Assembly: GCA_043811535.1 (NCBI GenBank)
Contig: JBDRNC010000018.1
Coordinates: forward strand, 96,001 to 160,000
Direction: 5' to 3'
Origin: Elusimicrobiota bacterium
Lineage (GTDB): Bacteria > Elusimicrobiota > Endomicrobiia > Endomicrobiales > JBDRNC01
DNA length: 64,000 nucleotides
The translations under genes were made by a program, and so were the position numbers. Numbering within the stretch: position 1 is the stretch's first letter; the number at the start of each line of letters is the position of its first letter. The notes under the pieces are model-generated. The model was not told the DNA's origin and ran no database searches. It saw only the letters and a list, made by a program, of their open reading frames with translations. Below are positions 28,677-37,470 of this stretch, piece after piece.

Positions 28677-29729
28677 TTATTGTTTGTTCAATGCGACGCG
28701 CTGCCTGGGCAAAGCGTCGGGATAATTATTTTGTATAAACCCGATAAGTTTTTCCCTGACCTCGCACCGCAGGTCCCACGCGGAAGAGGAATCATCCGCG
28801 CTCATCAAAGCCCTCAATTCAACGGAATGCGAGTCTGTGTTCGTCACCTGCAGCCCCCACGCCTTGCTGTTCCACAGTTTAGATCCTTTGAGTATCTTAT
28901 GCAGTTCTTCCCTGACAGCCGAAATGGGCACGGTATAGTCAAGATATATGAATACGGTGCCCAGTATCTCCGAGGTATCCCTGGTCCAGTTCTGGAAAGG
29001 TTTTTCGATAAAATAGGAGATGGGTAGGACCATGCGCCGCAAGTCCCAAATTTTGACCACTACATAGGTCAGTGTTATGTCTTCTATCTTTCCCCACTCG
29101 TTTTCTACGATAACCACATCATCGATTCGTATGGGCTGAGCGATTGCCAGCTGCACTCCGGCGAAAAGGTTTCCCAGTATCTTCTGGCCGGCAAAACCCA
29201 CCGCGATGCCTATGATGCCCGCGGAAGCGAGTATGCCCGCGCCCAGGCTGCGCACCTTGTCGAATGTCATGAGTATGATACCCAAAGACAGCACCGAAAC
29301 GACAAAGATGACTATTCTGTTAAAAACCTCGAACTGGGTGAATATCTTTCTCGCCTTCAAATTATCCTTATCATCCAATTTATATTTCCGGGTGATGAAA
29401 ACTTTCAGTACGTTAGGCGCCTGAATAACAAGCCAGGCAAAAGATACGATCCAGCAGATGCTGATAAAACGGCTGATGGCTCCGCTCAGGGAAGGCGCAA
29501 ACTCCAGGGCCGGCAGTACGAAATTCACCGCAAGAAGACACAGGATGAGCCGGGCCGGTTTCTTGGAATATTTTACCATTGCGTCGTCCAGGACGTTGTC
29601 GCTTTTTTTTGTGAGTTTTTTAAATACGGCATATAGGACGTAATGTAAAACCAGCCCCAGAACGACGGATCCGGCCAGGAAGGCCGCCGGCCGCCATAAC
29701 GCTTCCAGGCTTTTCAACAGATAATCCAT
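28677..29729 (-). CDS. mscS: Small-conductance mechanosensitive channel
   Basis: ASAGIIGIAVGFAGQ..LGNLFAG, PIRIDD, GKIEDITLTY, WDLRCEVREK. ATG 29729 follows GGAG. Confidence 0.92.
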   Translation of the reverse strand: MDYLLKSLEALWRPAAFLAGSVVLGLVLHYVLYAVFKKLTKKSDNVLDDAMVKYSKKPARLILCLLAVNFVLPALEFAPSLSGAISRFISICWIVSFAWLVIQAPNVLKVFITRKYKLDDKDNLKARKIFTQFEVFNRIVIFVVSVLSLGIILMTFDKVRSLGAGILASAGIIGIAVGFAGQKILGNLFAGVQLAIAQPIRIDDVVIVENEWGKIEDITLTYVVVKIWDLRRMVLPISYFIEKPFQNWTRDTSEILGTVFIYLDYTVPISAVREELHKILKGSKLWNSKAWGLQVTNTDSHSVELRALMSADDSSSAWDLRCEVREKLIGFIQNNYPDALPRQRVALNKQ

Positions 29730-29846
29730 AATTAATCTCCGGTTAAAATAGTTTCCGAAATTCCTCTGAGTTCTCAGAGACATTGCCAAGTATTACAGGA
29801 GTAATTCTATATCTTTGGGTTGGTATTTGCAAGGAAAATGAATGCG

Positions 29847-29895
29847 AAGGGGACGGCTCTGTTTTTCTTTTAGAAAAAAATAGAACCGTCCCCTT
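29847..29895. repeat. REP-like GGGGACGG palindrome, copy 2
   Basis: aaggggacggctct...agaaccgtcccctt after the MATE stop codon. Confidence 0.8.
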
Positions 29896-29907
29896 TTTCT
29901 CTTTTTT

Positions 29908-31275
29908 CTAGACACTGGCCACCGGTTTTTGCACAAGCACTTTATTCTTCCACTTGCCGCTGCGGTAATACCAGTAATTGAGCGCCAGGCTGATAATAGT
30001 GCTGAGCACTATCGCTATCCAGATGCCGTGCTCCCTCAAAGAAGTGTACTTGATAAGGAGTACCGCTATGGGATATCTTATTATTACCAGCCCCAGCAGC
30101 GTGAATAAGAACATGTAAAGCGTGTCGCCCGCGCCGCGCACAACGCCCTGCAGAGCGAACATGACGGCTATGAAAAAGTAGCTGATGCTGACTATGCGGA
30201 TGTAACCCACCGTTATCGCTATGACCTGCGGTTCATTGGTGAATATGGACGCGATCCTGGCCGGGAAGGAGTAAATCACTATGAAGAAACCCGTCGAAAG
30301 CGCGAGCGACATCAATATCGAGAGTTTGAGTATCTTTTTCACGCGGTCAAACTCCCTCGCGCCCAGGTTCTGCGCCGCCATTGAGGAAACGCTCATCCCT
30401 ATCGCCATGGCCGGCAGGAAAGACAACTGGTCCAACTGCATGCCTATCCCGTACGCTGCCGTTGTGCTTGAACCGAACGAGTTGACCAGCGAGACCACGA
30501 ATATCTCGCTCATGGCCACAAGAACCATCTGCAAGGACATGGGTATGCCGATGACAAAAATCTTTTTTATGATGTACCAATCAACCGCGTAGTCCCACGA
30601 GTGCACGTTGAGCAGAACGTGCGTCCTCAGCACGAAAAAATATGCCAGCACGACCATCACCGCGTTGGAAATAATCGGAGCGAGCGCCGCGCCCTCTATG
30701 CCGAAGCCCGGCATCGGGCCGTATCCTTTGATAAGCAAAGGCACCAGCACAATATTAAGGACGGTGGCGACTATCAGTAGATACAGGGGCGTCTTAGCGT
30801 CGCCTAGCCCGCGCAATATGCCGCTGAACCAGAAAAATATGAAAGTGAACGTTACGCCGATAAACATCGTCCTGAGGTATATGCGCGCGTCCGGGACTAT
30901 ATCGGCCGGAGTTTTCATTATATGAAGGAAGAGCGGCGTAAACATAAAACCGAGCGCCGAAATGAACACGCACATGACAACGCTGGACATGAAGGAGTTG
31001 CTCAGGACTTTCGCAAGGAAGGCCATGTTTTTGGAGCCGAATGCCTGCCCGACAAGGATGTTTGTGGCCATTGTAAGGCCTATAATGGCTGAAACGAAGA
31101 AAAAGATTATCGGCATTGTGGACGAGACGGCGGCAAACGCCTGGTGGCCCAGCAAACGCCCGACCCAGATGGCGTTGATGAGGCCCAAGGCCGCCTGCAG
31201 GAGGTTGGCGAGAAGCATCGGTATGGAAAAAGCGATAAGTTGTTCTAAAACGCTGCCTTTTGTAAAGTCTCTCAC
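29908..31275 (-). CDS. MATE family efflux transporter
   Basis: About 12 TM segments; LRGLGDAKTP, GIEGAALA, AQNLGA, RGAGDT motifs. Confidence 0.93.
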   Translation of the reverse strand: MRDFTKGSVLEQLIAFSIPMLLANLLQAALGLINAIWVGRLLGHQAFAAVSSTMPIIFFFVSAIIGLTMATNILVGQAFGSKNMAFLAKVLSNSFMSSVVMCVFISALGFMFTPLFLHIMKTPADIVPDARIYLRTMFIGVTFTFIFFWFSGILRGLGDAKTPLYLLIVATVLNIVLVPLLIKGYGPMPGFGIEGAALAPIISNAVMVVLAYFFVLRTHVLLNVHSWDYAVDWYIIKKIFVIGIPMSLQMVLVAMSEIFVVSLVNSFGSSTTAAYGIGMQLDQLSFLPAMAIGMSVSSMAAQNLGAREFDRVKKILKLSILMSLALSTGFFIVIYSFPARIASIFTNEPQVIAITVGYIRIVSISYFFIAVMFALQGVVRGAGDTLYMFLFTLLGLVIIRYPIAVLLIKYTSLREHGIWIAIVLSTIISLALNYWYYRSGKWKNKVLVQKPVASV

Positions 31276-31360
31276 GTTTATTCCTAATAAGCAAAAACGT
31301 TACAGCGTATTCGGCTGTAACGGATAATTAAATTATATCTAATTAGACGCTATAAAGCAA

Positions 31361-31412
31361 AAAAGGGGACGGTTCTATTTATTCTGAAAGAAAAATAGAA
31401 CCGTCCCCTTTT
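31361..31412. repeat. REP-like GGGGACGG palindrome, copy 3
   Basis: aaaaggggacggttctattt...aaatagaaccgtcccctttt in a divergent intergenic region. Confidence 0.85.
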
Positions 31413-31421
31413 CCTCACACC

Positions 31422-31450
31422 TTTACAAGGCGGTGAATTAACGCTATAAT
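31422..31450 (+). promoter_or_regulatory. Putative sigma70 promoter of the AmmeMemoRadiSam operon
   Basis: TTTACA-17 nt-TATAAT. Confidence 0.6.
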
Positions 31451-31494
31451 TCCTTTAAAGGCAGTGATTAGTGGTAAGTTATAAGGACTAAAAA

Positions 31495-32577
31495 ATGAAA
31501 ATAACCATGATTAGAAACATTCTGCTTGCCATTCTCTTTTCTCTCGTTCTCTGCTCTCCCGTTTCCGCGGCGCAGGACGCGAGGTACTGGGAGAAGCTTG
31601 ATTCGGGCGATATCCAGTGCCTCCTGTGCCCGCGCGAGTGCGTCATACCCGAAGGCGAGACCGGTTACTGCACGACGCGCAAGAATGAAGACGGCGTCCT
31701 GAAATCCCTTGTTTACGCTCAGTTGGTTTCAATGAACGTTGACCCCATAGAAAAGAAACCGCTTTTCCATTTCCTTCCCGGCACCGATATCCTGTCCGTA
31801 GCGACCGCGGGATGCAACCTCAGGTGCAGTTTCTGCCAGAACTGGAACATCTCACAGGTAAAACCGGATGAAGTTGAGTCAGTCAACGTTTCCCCCATGG
31901 AACTTGTAAAGATCGCGAAGAGGAGGAAATGCCCGTCCATCGCCTATACCTACAACGAACCCACGGTTTTCGCCGAATATGTCTTTGACTCAGCGGCGCT
32001 CGCAAGGAAACAGGGCGTCAAGACGGCGATGGTCACGTGCGGCTATACGAACCCCAAACCGCTGAAGGAGCTTTGTTCGGTCATTGACGCCGCAAGCGTT
32101 GACCTGAAAGGTTTTTCGGACACGGTTTACCGCAAAGTCGCGGGAGCGAAGCTCCAGCCGTTCCTTGATTCATTGAAAATCTACAAAGAAAACGGCGTCT
32201 GGCTGGAAGTCGGCTATCTTGTGATACCCACGCTCAACGACAGCAACGAGGAATTGAAGGCGTTCGCTGACTGGATTTATAAAAACCTCGGGCCCGACGT
32301 TCCGATGCACTTCCTGAGGTTTTTTCCCCAGCACAAAATGACCAATCTTCCGCCGACACCGCTGGAAACGATGGAGAAGGCGTATAACATAGCCAGGAAG
32401 GCCGGCATGAGGTACGTCTATCTCGGCAACGTGGCGGGCCACAATTCGGAAAATACATACTGCCACAAGTGCGGCAAGATGATAATTGAGCGCAAAGGAT
32501 ATATCATACAGCAGATAAACATGAAAGACGGCAAGTGCGGCTTCTGCGGCCAAAAGATACCGGGGATATGGAAGTAG
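31495..32577 (+). CDS. amrS: AmmeMemoRadiSam system radical SAM enzyme
   Basis: CLLCPREC, DPIEKKPLFHFLPG, GCNLRCSFCQNW, IAYTYNEP, YVYLGNV, terminal C..CG pairs. Confidence 0.93.
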   Translation: MKITMIRNILLAILFSLVLCSPVSAAQDARYWEKLDSGDIQCLLCPRECVIPEGETGYCTTRKNEDGVLKSLVYAQLVSMNVDPIEKKPLFHFLPGTDILSVATAGCNLRCSFCQNWNISQVKPDEVESVNVSPMELVKIAKRRKCPSIAYTYNEPTVFAEYVFDSAALARKQGVKTAMVTCGYTNPKPLKELCSVIDAASVDLKGFSDTVYRKVAGAKLQPFLDSLKIYKENGVWLEVGYLVIPTLNDSNEELKAFADWIYKNLGPDVPMHFLRFFPQHKMTNLPPTPLETMEKAYNIARKAGMRYVYLGNVAGHNSENTYCHKCGKMIIERKGYIIQQINMKDGKCGFCGQKIPGIWK

Positions 32578-32630
32578 ATTGAAGACGGAAGACAGAAGAA
32601 TGAAGCAAACCCAAAAACATGGAACAATAA

Positions 32631-34181
32631 ATGAAAATACATTCTTTATTTAATAAGTACTTCCATCTTCCTTCTTCCATCTTCCGTCTCGTCCTGGCTT
32701 CCATCTTCCTTCTTCCATCTTCCGTCTTGCCTGCCGTCAGGCAGGCAGCAGTGGCGGGGCAGTTCTATCCCGATAATCCCAATGAGCTTTCGGCCATGGT
32801 TCAGAATTATCTTGACCAGGTGCCCGCGATAGCGCTTGACGGCGAGCCGGTCGCGGTCATGGTTCCGCACGCGGGATATATTTTCTCGGCAAAAACCGCG
32901 GCATACGCTTTCAAACTGATAGAGCAGACCGGCGCGGAAAACGTGATACTCATCGGCAACAGCCACCGTTTTTATCTAAGCAAAGGCGCTGTTGTTTCCG
33001 AAGGCAAATTCAAGACGCCGCTCGGAGAAGTGGAAATAAACAGCGAACTCGCCAGGAAAATCCTGGCAAACACTGCGCTGCTGGAAGAAAACGCGCAGGC
33101 GCACGCGCCGGAACACTCGCTTGAAGTTGAACTCCCGTTTTTGCAGAAAACACTTAAGAAATTCAGGATAGTGCCCATACTTTTAAGCGAAATGCCGGTT
33201 TCAAGGTGCGAAGCGATAGGAAAGGCAATTGGAAAGGCGGTCGCGGAACTCGGGATTAGCAAAAAAACCATCATAGTGGCCTCAAGCGACATGTCCCACT
33301 ATCCCCGTTACAAAGACGCGAAAATCTCGGATAACAGGATACTGGAATCCGTTAAGAAATTTGACCCCGCGGTATTGGCGGCGACTGACGCGGCGATAAA
33401 AAGAGATAATATTTCCGAACTTCAATGCACGCTCTGCGGGCTTGAATCAGTCTGCGCGGCGATGTACGCGGCCAGGTATCTCGGCGCGACTTCGGTAAAA
33501 GTGCTTAACTACACGAACTCCGGCGACGCTTCCGGCGATACGTCAAGAGTGGTCGGATACGGCTCCGTAGTGTTCTATAGACCCGGAAAGATTATAAAAA
33601 CAGCCGTAAAAGAGGTAAAGGCCATGGATGAATTCAAGGTAAGCGAGAAAGGGCAGAAAGCCCTGCTGAAGATCGCCAGGGAATCCATTGAAAGCTATCT
33701 GAAAACCAAAAAACTTCCGTCTTTTGACGTTACCGACAAGGAGCTTCTCGCGCCGGGCGCGGTTTTCGTAACACTTACCGAAAAAGGCGGCTTGCGCGGA
33801 TGCATAGGCACTACCGTAGCCCAATCGCCGCTTTACCAGGCAGTGAGCCAGCTGGCTGTCGCGGCCGCTGTGGAGGACACGCGCTTTCCGGAAGTAACGG
33901 CCGGCGAGCTGAAAGATATACACATCGAAATATCGGTGCTTTCACCGCTGACTAGAATTAAGAACGCTGATGAAATACTCCCCAACAAGCACGGCGTTGT
34001 AGTCAGAAAAGGTTTCAGAAGCGGGCTGTTCCTACCCCAGGTCTGGGAACATTTCAACAAAAAAGAAGATTTCATGGACGAGCTCTGCTGGCAAAAGGCG
34101 GGCCTTGACCGCAATGCCTGGAAAACCAGTGAAGTAGAGTTATATATATTCACGGTATTCGCGTTTGAAGAAAGCAAATGA
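32631..34181 (+). CDS. AmmeMemoRadiSam protein B (MEMO1-like) fused to protein A (AMMECR1-like)
   Basis: AVAGQFYP, PHAGY, EHSLEVELPFLQ, ASSDMSHY, VVGYG; then FVTL...LRGCIG, D.RF, EISVLS, FLPQVW, KAG. Confidence 0.92.
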   Translation: MKIHSLFNKYFHLPSSIFRLVLASIFLLPSSVLPAVRQAAVAGQFYPDNPNELSAMVQNYLDQVPAIALDGEPVAVMVPHAGYIFSAKTAAYAFKLIEQTGAENVILIGNSHRFYLSKGAVVSEGKFKTPLGEVEINSELARKILANTALLEENAQAHAPEHSLEVELPFLQKTLKKFRIVPILLSEMPVSRCEAIGKAIGKAVAELGISKKTIIVASSDMSHYPRYKDAKISDNRILESVKKFDPAVLAATDAAIKRDNISELQCTLCGLESVCAAMYAARYLGATSVKVLNYTNSGDASGDTSRVVGYGSVVFYRPGKIIKTAVKEVKAMDEFKVSEKGQKALLKIARESIESYLKTKKLPSFDVTDKELLAPGAVFVTLTEKGGLRGCIGTTVAQSPLYQAVSQLAVAAAVEDTRFPEVTAGELKDIHIEISVLSPLTRIKNADEILPNKHGVVVRKGFRSGLFLPQVWEHFNKKEDFMDELCWQKAGLDRNAWKTSEVELYIFTVFAFEESK

Positions 34182-34198
34182 CCGTAGGTCCCATCTCG

Positions 34199-34268
34199 GT
34201 CATCCCCGAAGGTCTTAATCGGGGATCCACTTAATAGTAACGTGGATTCCCGCTTTCGCGGGAATGAC
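34199..34268. repeat. REP-like element GTCATCCCCG...GGATCCA / TGGATTCCCGCTTTCGCGGGAATGAC
   Basis: Two internal hairpins and inverted ends; related to 4089-4165. Confidence 0.8.
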
Positions 34269-34282
34269 AGATTCATTCACAT

Positions 34283-34885
34283 ATGATAAATGGTTTCTTA
34301 TTAGGTTTATCCAACAATCTCTTCTGTTTCCTGAACTGCGCCGTGGTATTCATCCCCTACGCGCTGGCATCCAAAAACAAATCTTACATCTCGATAACCC
34401 TCTTCATGGCGGGGCGGCTGATAGCCTACGTATTTTTCGGTTTTGCCGCCGGTTACACGAGCTTATACTTTGACGGGCGCATTGACCCGCTCTATTACCA
34501 TTTTTTCACTCTCCTGATGTCGCTTTGGCTCATCGCGTTCGCGCTGGGAAAATTGAATCTCAAGCTTTCCGCGTGCGCGTGGATGGGCAGCAGATTTTCG
34601 GGAAAGACCTTCCCGCTTTTTCTGGGAATCCTGATGGGTCTGAACATCTGCCCGCCGTTCATGCTGGGGCTGAGCGAAACACTGCAGATGAGCAGCGTGC
34701 TGAAGCCGGTCGTTTTCTTTCTGGGGTTTTATCTGGGCTCCAGCCTGTGGCTTCTTGTTTTTCTTTTCACAGGGAAGCTCGCGCAGCTCAAATTCATCAG
34801 TTTGTCTGCCAAGATAATCTCACTTCTCGTAGGACTCTACTACTTCGGAATATCCGTTTCAAAATTGGCATACTTTATCTTATAA
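34283..34885 (+). CDS. TauE/SafE- or DsbD_2-like membrane protein
   Basis: GFLLGLS...C...C, F.AGRLIAY and LG...GLNICPPF motifs; several TM segments. Confidence 0.7.
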   Translation: MINGFLLGLSNNLFCFLNCAVVFIPYALASKNKSYISITLFMAGRLIAYVFFGFAAGYTSLYFDGRIDPLYYHFFTLLMSLWLIAFALGKLNLKLSACAWMGSRFSGKTFPLFLGILMGLNICPPFMLGLSETLQMSSVLKPVVFFLGFYLGSSLWLLVFLFTGKLAQLKFISLSAKIISLLVGLYYFGISVSKLAYFIL

Positions 34886-35018
34886 CAACGATTACACCGA
34901 TTTTTAACAAAGATTACACGGATAATTAATCTGTGGAATCAGTTGTAAATCTGTGTAATCGTCTTAATTAATCTGCGTAATCGCTGTTTGTTATCTGTGT
35001 AATCGTAGTATAAAAGAA

Positions 35019-35077
35019 GAAGGACCCGGGTGACGCCCAACCCTTTCCGGCCCAACGGAAAGGTACCCGAGCCCTTC
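35019..35077. terminator. Long stem-loop between convergent genes, probable terminator
   Basis: gaaggacccgggt...acccgagcccttc with an internal cctttccg/cggaaagg stem, flanked by A-rich runs. Confidence 0.5.
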
Positions 35078-35162
35078 AAAATAAATTACAGATTCCAGAT
35101 TACAAATTTAACGTCTTTAAGTCTTCAATATGTAATCTGTAATTTCCAATTTGTAATTGTTT

Positions 35163-35504
35163 CTATCCTATCGCTTCGCAGCTGCACTCGCCGGTGCGAA
35201 TCCTGACGCACTCGGGCAGGTCAAGGATAAATATCTTGCCGTCGCCTACCTCTCCCGTCCTGGCGCCCTTTATGATGGCGTCAACAGTCGGCTTGACGAA
35301 GTTGTCGTTTACCGCTATCTCAATCCTCGTCTTTTTCAGGAGATTTCCGGTCTCTTTTACTCCGCGATAGATCTCGGTAATGCCTTTTTGCCTGCCATGC
35401 CCCAGGACTTGGCTGACGGTTATGAGGTTGACCTCCGCTTGGTACAATTCCTTCTTAACTGCATCCAATCTGTCCGGCTGGATTACTGCGATAATTAGTT
35501 TCAT
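35163..35504 (-). CDS. glnK: Nitrogen regulatory protein P-II
   Basis: MKLIIAVIQP, G.GRQKG..E.YRG, ARTGEVGDGKIF, RIRTGE. Downstream of amtB. Confidence 0.95.
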   Translation of the reverse strand: MKLIIAVIQPDRLDAVKKELYQAEVNLITVSQVLGHGRQKGITEIYRGVKETGNLLKKTRIEIAVNDNFVKPTVDAIIKGARTGEVGDGKIFILDLPECVRIRTGECSCEAIG

Positions 35505-35510
35505 ATTGAG

Positions 35511-35570
35511 CTCCTTGAACACCTAAAGTGTTGTTCTGAATTGCCTTACGTGAAATACCCGTCAGGATAT
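35511..35570 (-). promoter_or_regulatory. Conserved hairpin-core-SD leader module, copy C
   Basis: ATATCC-TGAC-GGGTAT TTCACGTAAGGCAATTCA GAACAACACTTTAGGTGTTC AAGGAG. Confidence 0.8.
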
Positions 35571-35661
35571 TGAACGTTTTATTTGTGCGAAACCCCTCTT
35601 CACTTCGTTTCGGGGGCGTTCCAGTCCCGCCAACGGCGGGAATAGACTCCTTACATATTTC

Positions 35662-35798
35662 ATCCCCCCTTGTGGGGGAGGATTAAGGTGGGGGGTATCG
35701 AACATTTTCACCCTCACCCTGCCCCTCGGCACCCCCATCTACGGAAATCCCAGTGGGGAAGCACACTGTGCTTCCCCCTATCATCAAGGGAGAGGGTA
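35662..35798. repeat. CCCCCTTGTGGGGGAGGATTAAGGTGGGGGG palindromic repeat
   Basis: About 30-bp identical core shared with 48732-48808; this copy carries an extra internal palindrome. Confidence 0.75.
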
Positions 35799-35807
35799 TA
35801 ATTAATT

Positions 35808-37055
35808 TTACTCTAATATCGTATACGCGCCCTCGTGGTGTTCCGCAAGGTCAAGGCCCATATTCTCCTCTTTTTCTTTAACACGCATTCCGAGCGTAAG
35901 GTCAACGGCCTTGAAGATGACCGCCGTTCCGGCAACCGTGTAAAGAATCGTGGCGCCGGATGCAAGTATTTGCGTGAACAACTGCTTGGCGTTGCCGAAG
36001 AACAGACCGTCGGCTCCAGCTGAATTCACCGCTACACTCGCGAATAATCCCGTGGCCAGCGCCCCGAACAATCCGCCAACCCCGTGAACACCGAACGCGT
36101 CAAGCGCGTCGTCGTAACCAAGTTTCGGCTTGACAACCGCGACCATGAAGAAGCATAACGCGCTAACGAGAAGCCCGATTATCATTGCCGGCACAATGCT
36201 CACAAAGCCGCAGGCGGGCGTTATCGCTACAAGTCCCGCGACAGCGCCCGTAGCCACCCCTAGGGTAGTCGGCTTCCCGCTGAATATCCACTCAAGCAGG
36301 GCCCATGACAAGCCCGCCGCGGCTGTCGCCGTGTTGGTCGTGACAAAAGCGTTAACCGCCAGGCCGTTGGCTCCAAGCGCGCTTCCAGCGTTGAATCCGA
36401 ACCATCCGAACCACAGGAGCCCGGCTCCCATGACGGTAAATGGAATATTATGCGGCGCCATAGGAGCGTTTTCATACCCCTTTCTTCTTCCTATCATAAG
36501 CGCCGTTACAAGCGCCGCGAAACCGGCGTTGATGTGAACGACTGTGCCGCCCGCGAAATCAAGCGCGCCCATACCCCTCAGCCACCCGCCGACGCCCCAT
36601 ACCCAGTGTGCTACCGGGTCATAGACGAACGTAGCCCATAACAAACTAAATAGCAGGAAAGAAGAGAACTTCATCCTTTCCGCGAACGCTCCTATGATAA
36701 GCGCGGGCGTAATGACCGCGAACATCATTTGGAATATCATAAACAGTTGGTGCGGTATCGTGGCGGCATAGGCGGGATACGGCTCCATGCCTACCCCGTT
36801 CAGCGCGAACCATTTAAGCGAGCCGATGAACCCGTTTCCCGGCGAAAAAGCCAGGCTGTAGCCGAACAGGATCCATTGCAAGCTGATGACGCACAGCATT
36901 ATCGCGCATTGCATCAGCACGCCCAAGACGTTTTTTCTCCTTACGAGCCCGCCGTAGAAGAGCGCCAGCCCCGGCAGCGTCATCAAAAGGACCAGCGCAG
37001 TGGAGATAAGCATCCACGCCGTGTCACCGGTATCTACCTTTATCAATGTGTTCAT
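35808..37055 (-). CDS. amtB: Ammonium transporter
   Basis: DTGDTAW, PGLALFYGG, FQMMFA, AHWVWG, DFAGGTVVH, LLWFGWFGFNAGS, DDALDAFGVHG. ATG 37055 follows GGAGG. Confidence 0.98.
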   Translation of the reverse strand: MNTLIKVDTGDTAWMLISTALVLLMTLPGLALFYGGLVRRKNVLGVLMQCAIMLCVISLQWILFGYSLAFSPGNGFIGSLKWFALNGVGMEPYPAYAATIPHQLFMIFQMMFAVITPALIIGAFAERMKFSSFLLFSLLWATFVYDPVAHWVWGVGGWLRGMGALDFAGGTVVHINAGFAALVTALMIGRRKGYENAPMAPHNIPFTVMGAGLLWFGWFGFNAGSALGANGLAVNAFVTTNTATAAAGLSWALLEWIFSGKPTTLGVATGAVAGLVAITPACGFVSIVPAMIIGLLVSALCFFMVAVVKPKLGYDDALDAFGVHGVGGLFGALATGLFASVAVNSAGADGLFFGNAKQLFTQILASGATILYTVAGTAVIFKAVDLTLGMRVKEKEENMGLDLAEHHEGAYTILE

Positions 37056-37180
37056 CTTATCCTCCACAATTTATCCGTGCAATTCCGAAGTAGTAATCTG
37101 TGTAATCTCGTTAATAATCCGTGTAATCGTTGTCTGGAATCTGTGTAATCTTTGTTTTAAGCCGCGTAATCGTCTCAAAT

Positions 37181-37257
37181 AAAAAAGCCCGCTTTCCCTT
37201 TCACAGGGTTAAAGCAGGCATCTTTACCTGAATTGCTATGAGGAACTACCGTGTCCC
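37181..37257 (-). promoter_or_regulatory. ANTAR-type dual-hairpin antitermination element overlapping an intrinsic terminator
   Basis: GGGAC-ACGGTA-GTTCC and CAGGT-AAAGAT-GCCTG (hexaloops with A1 and G4); the second overlaps GCCTGCTTT...AAAGCGGGC-T6. Confidence 0.75.
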
Positions 37258-37313
37258 TCTATTAATTATCTTCGAAATCGCTTTTCGAATCAGTGTAATC
37301 GTCTTTGAAATAG

Positions 37314-37358
37314 AAAAAGCCCTCAAATCAACCTTTGACCTGAGGACTTCCTTGTCCT
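37314..37358 (-). promoter_or_regulatory. ANTAR-like hairpin plus terminator, first attenuator of the amtB leader
   Basis: AGGAC-AAGGAA-GTCCT overlapping GTCCTCAGGTCAA...TTGATTTGAGGGC-T5. Confidence 0.65.
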
Positions 37359-37366
37359 ATATGTAT

Positions 37367-37394
37367 ATTATACTCAAAAAATAATTTCTGTCAA
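37367..37394 (-). promoter_or_regulatory. Sigma70 promoter for amtB-glnK
   Basis: TTGACA-16 nt-TATAAT. Confidence 0.7.
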
Positions 37395-37470
37395 GTGGGC
37401 ATGCAAATAAGGATTTGAAAGCTCGTATTTCACGACGAAAAACCACATCCGGCCGATCCTGACGGACAGG

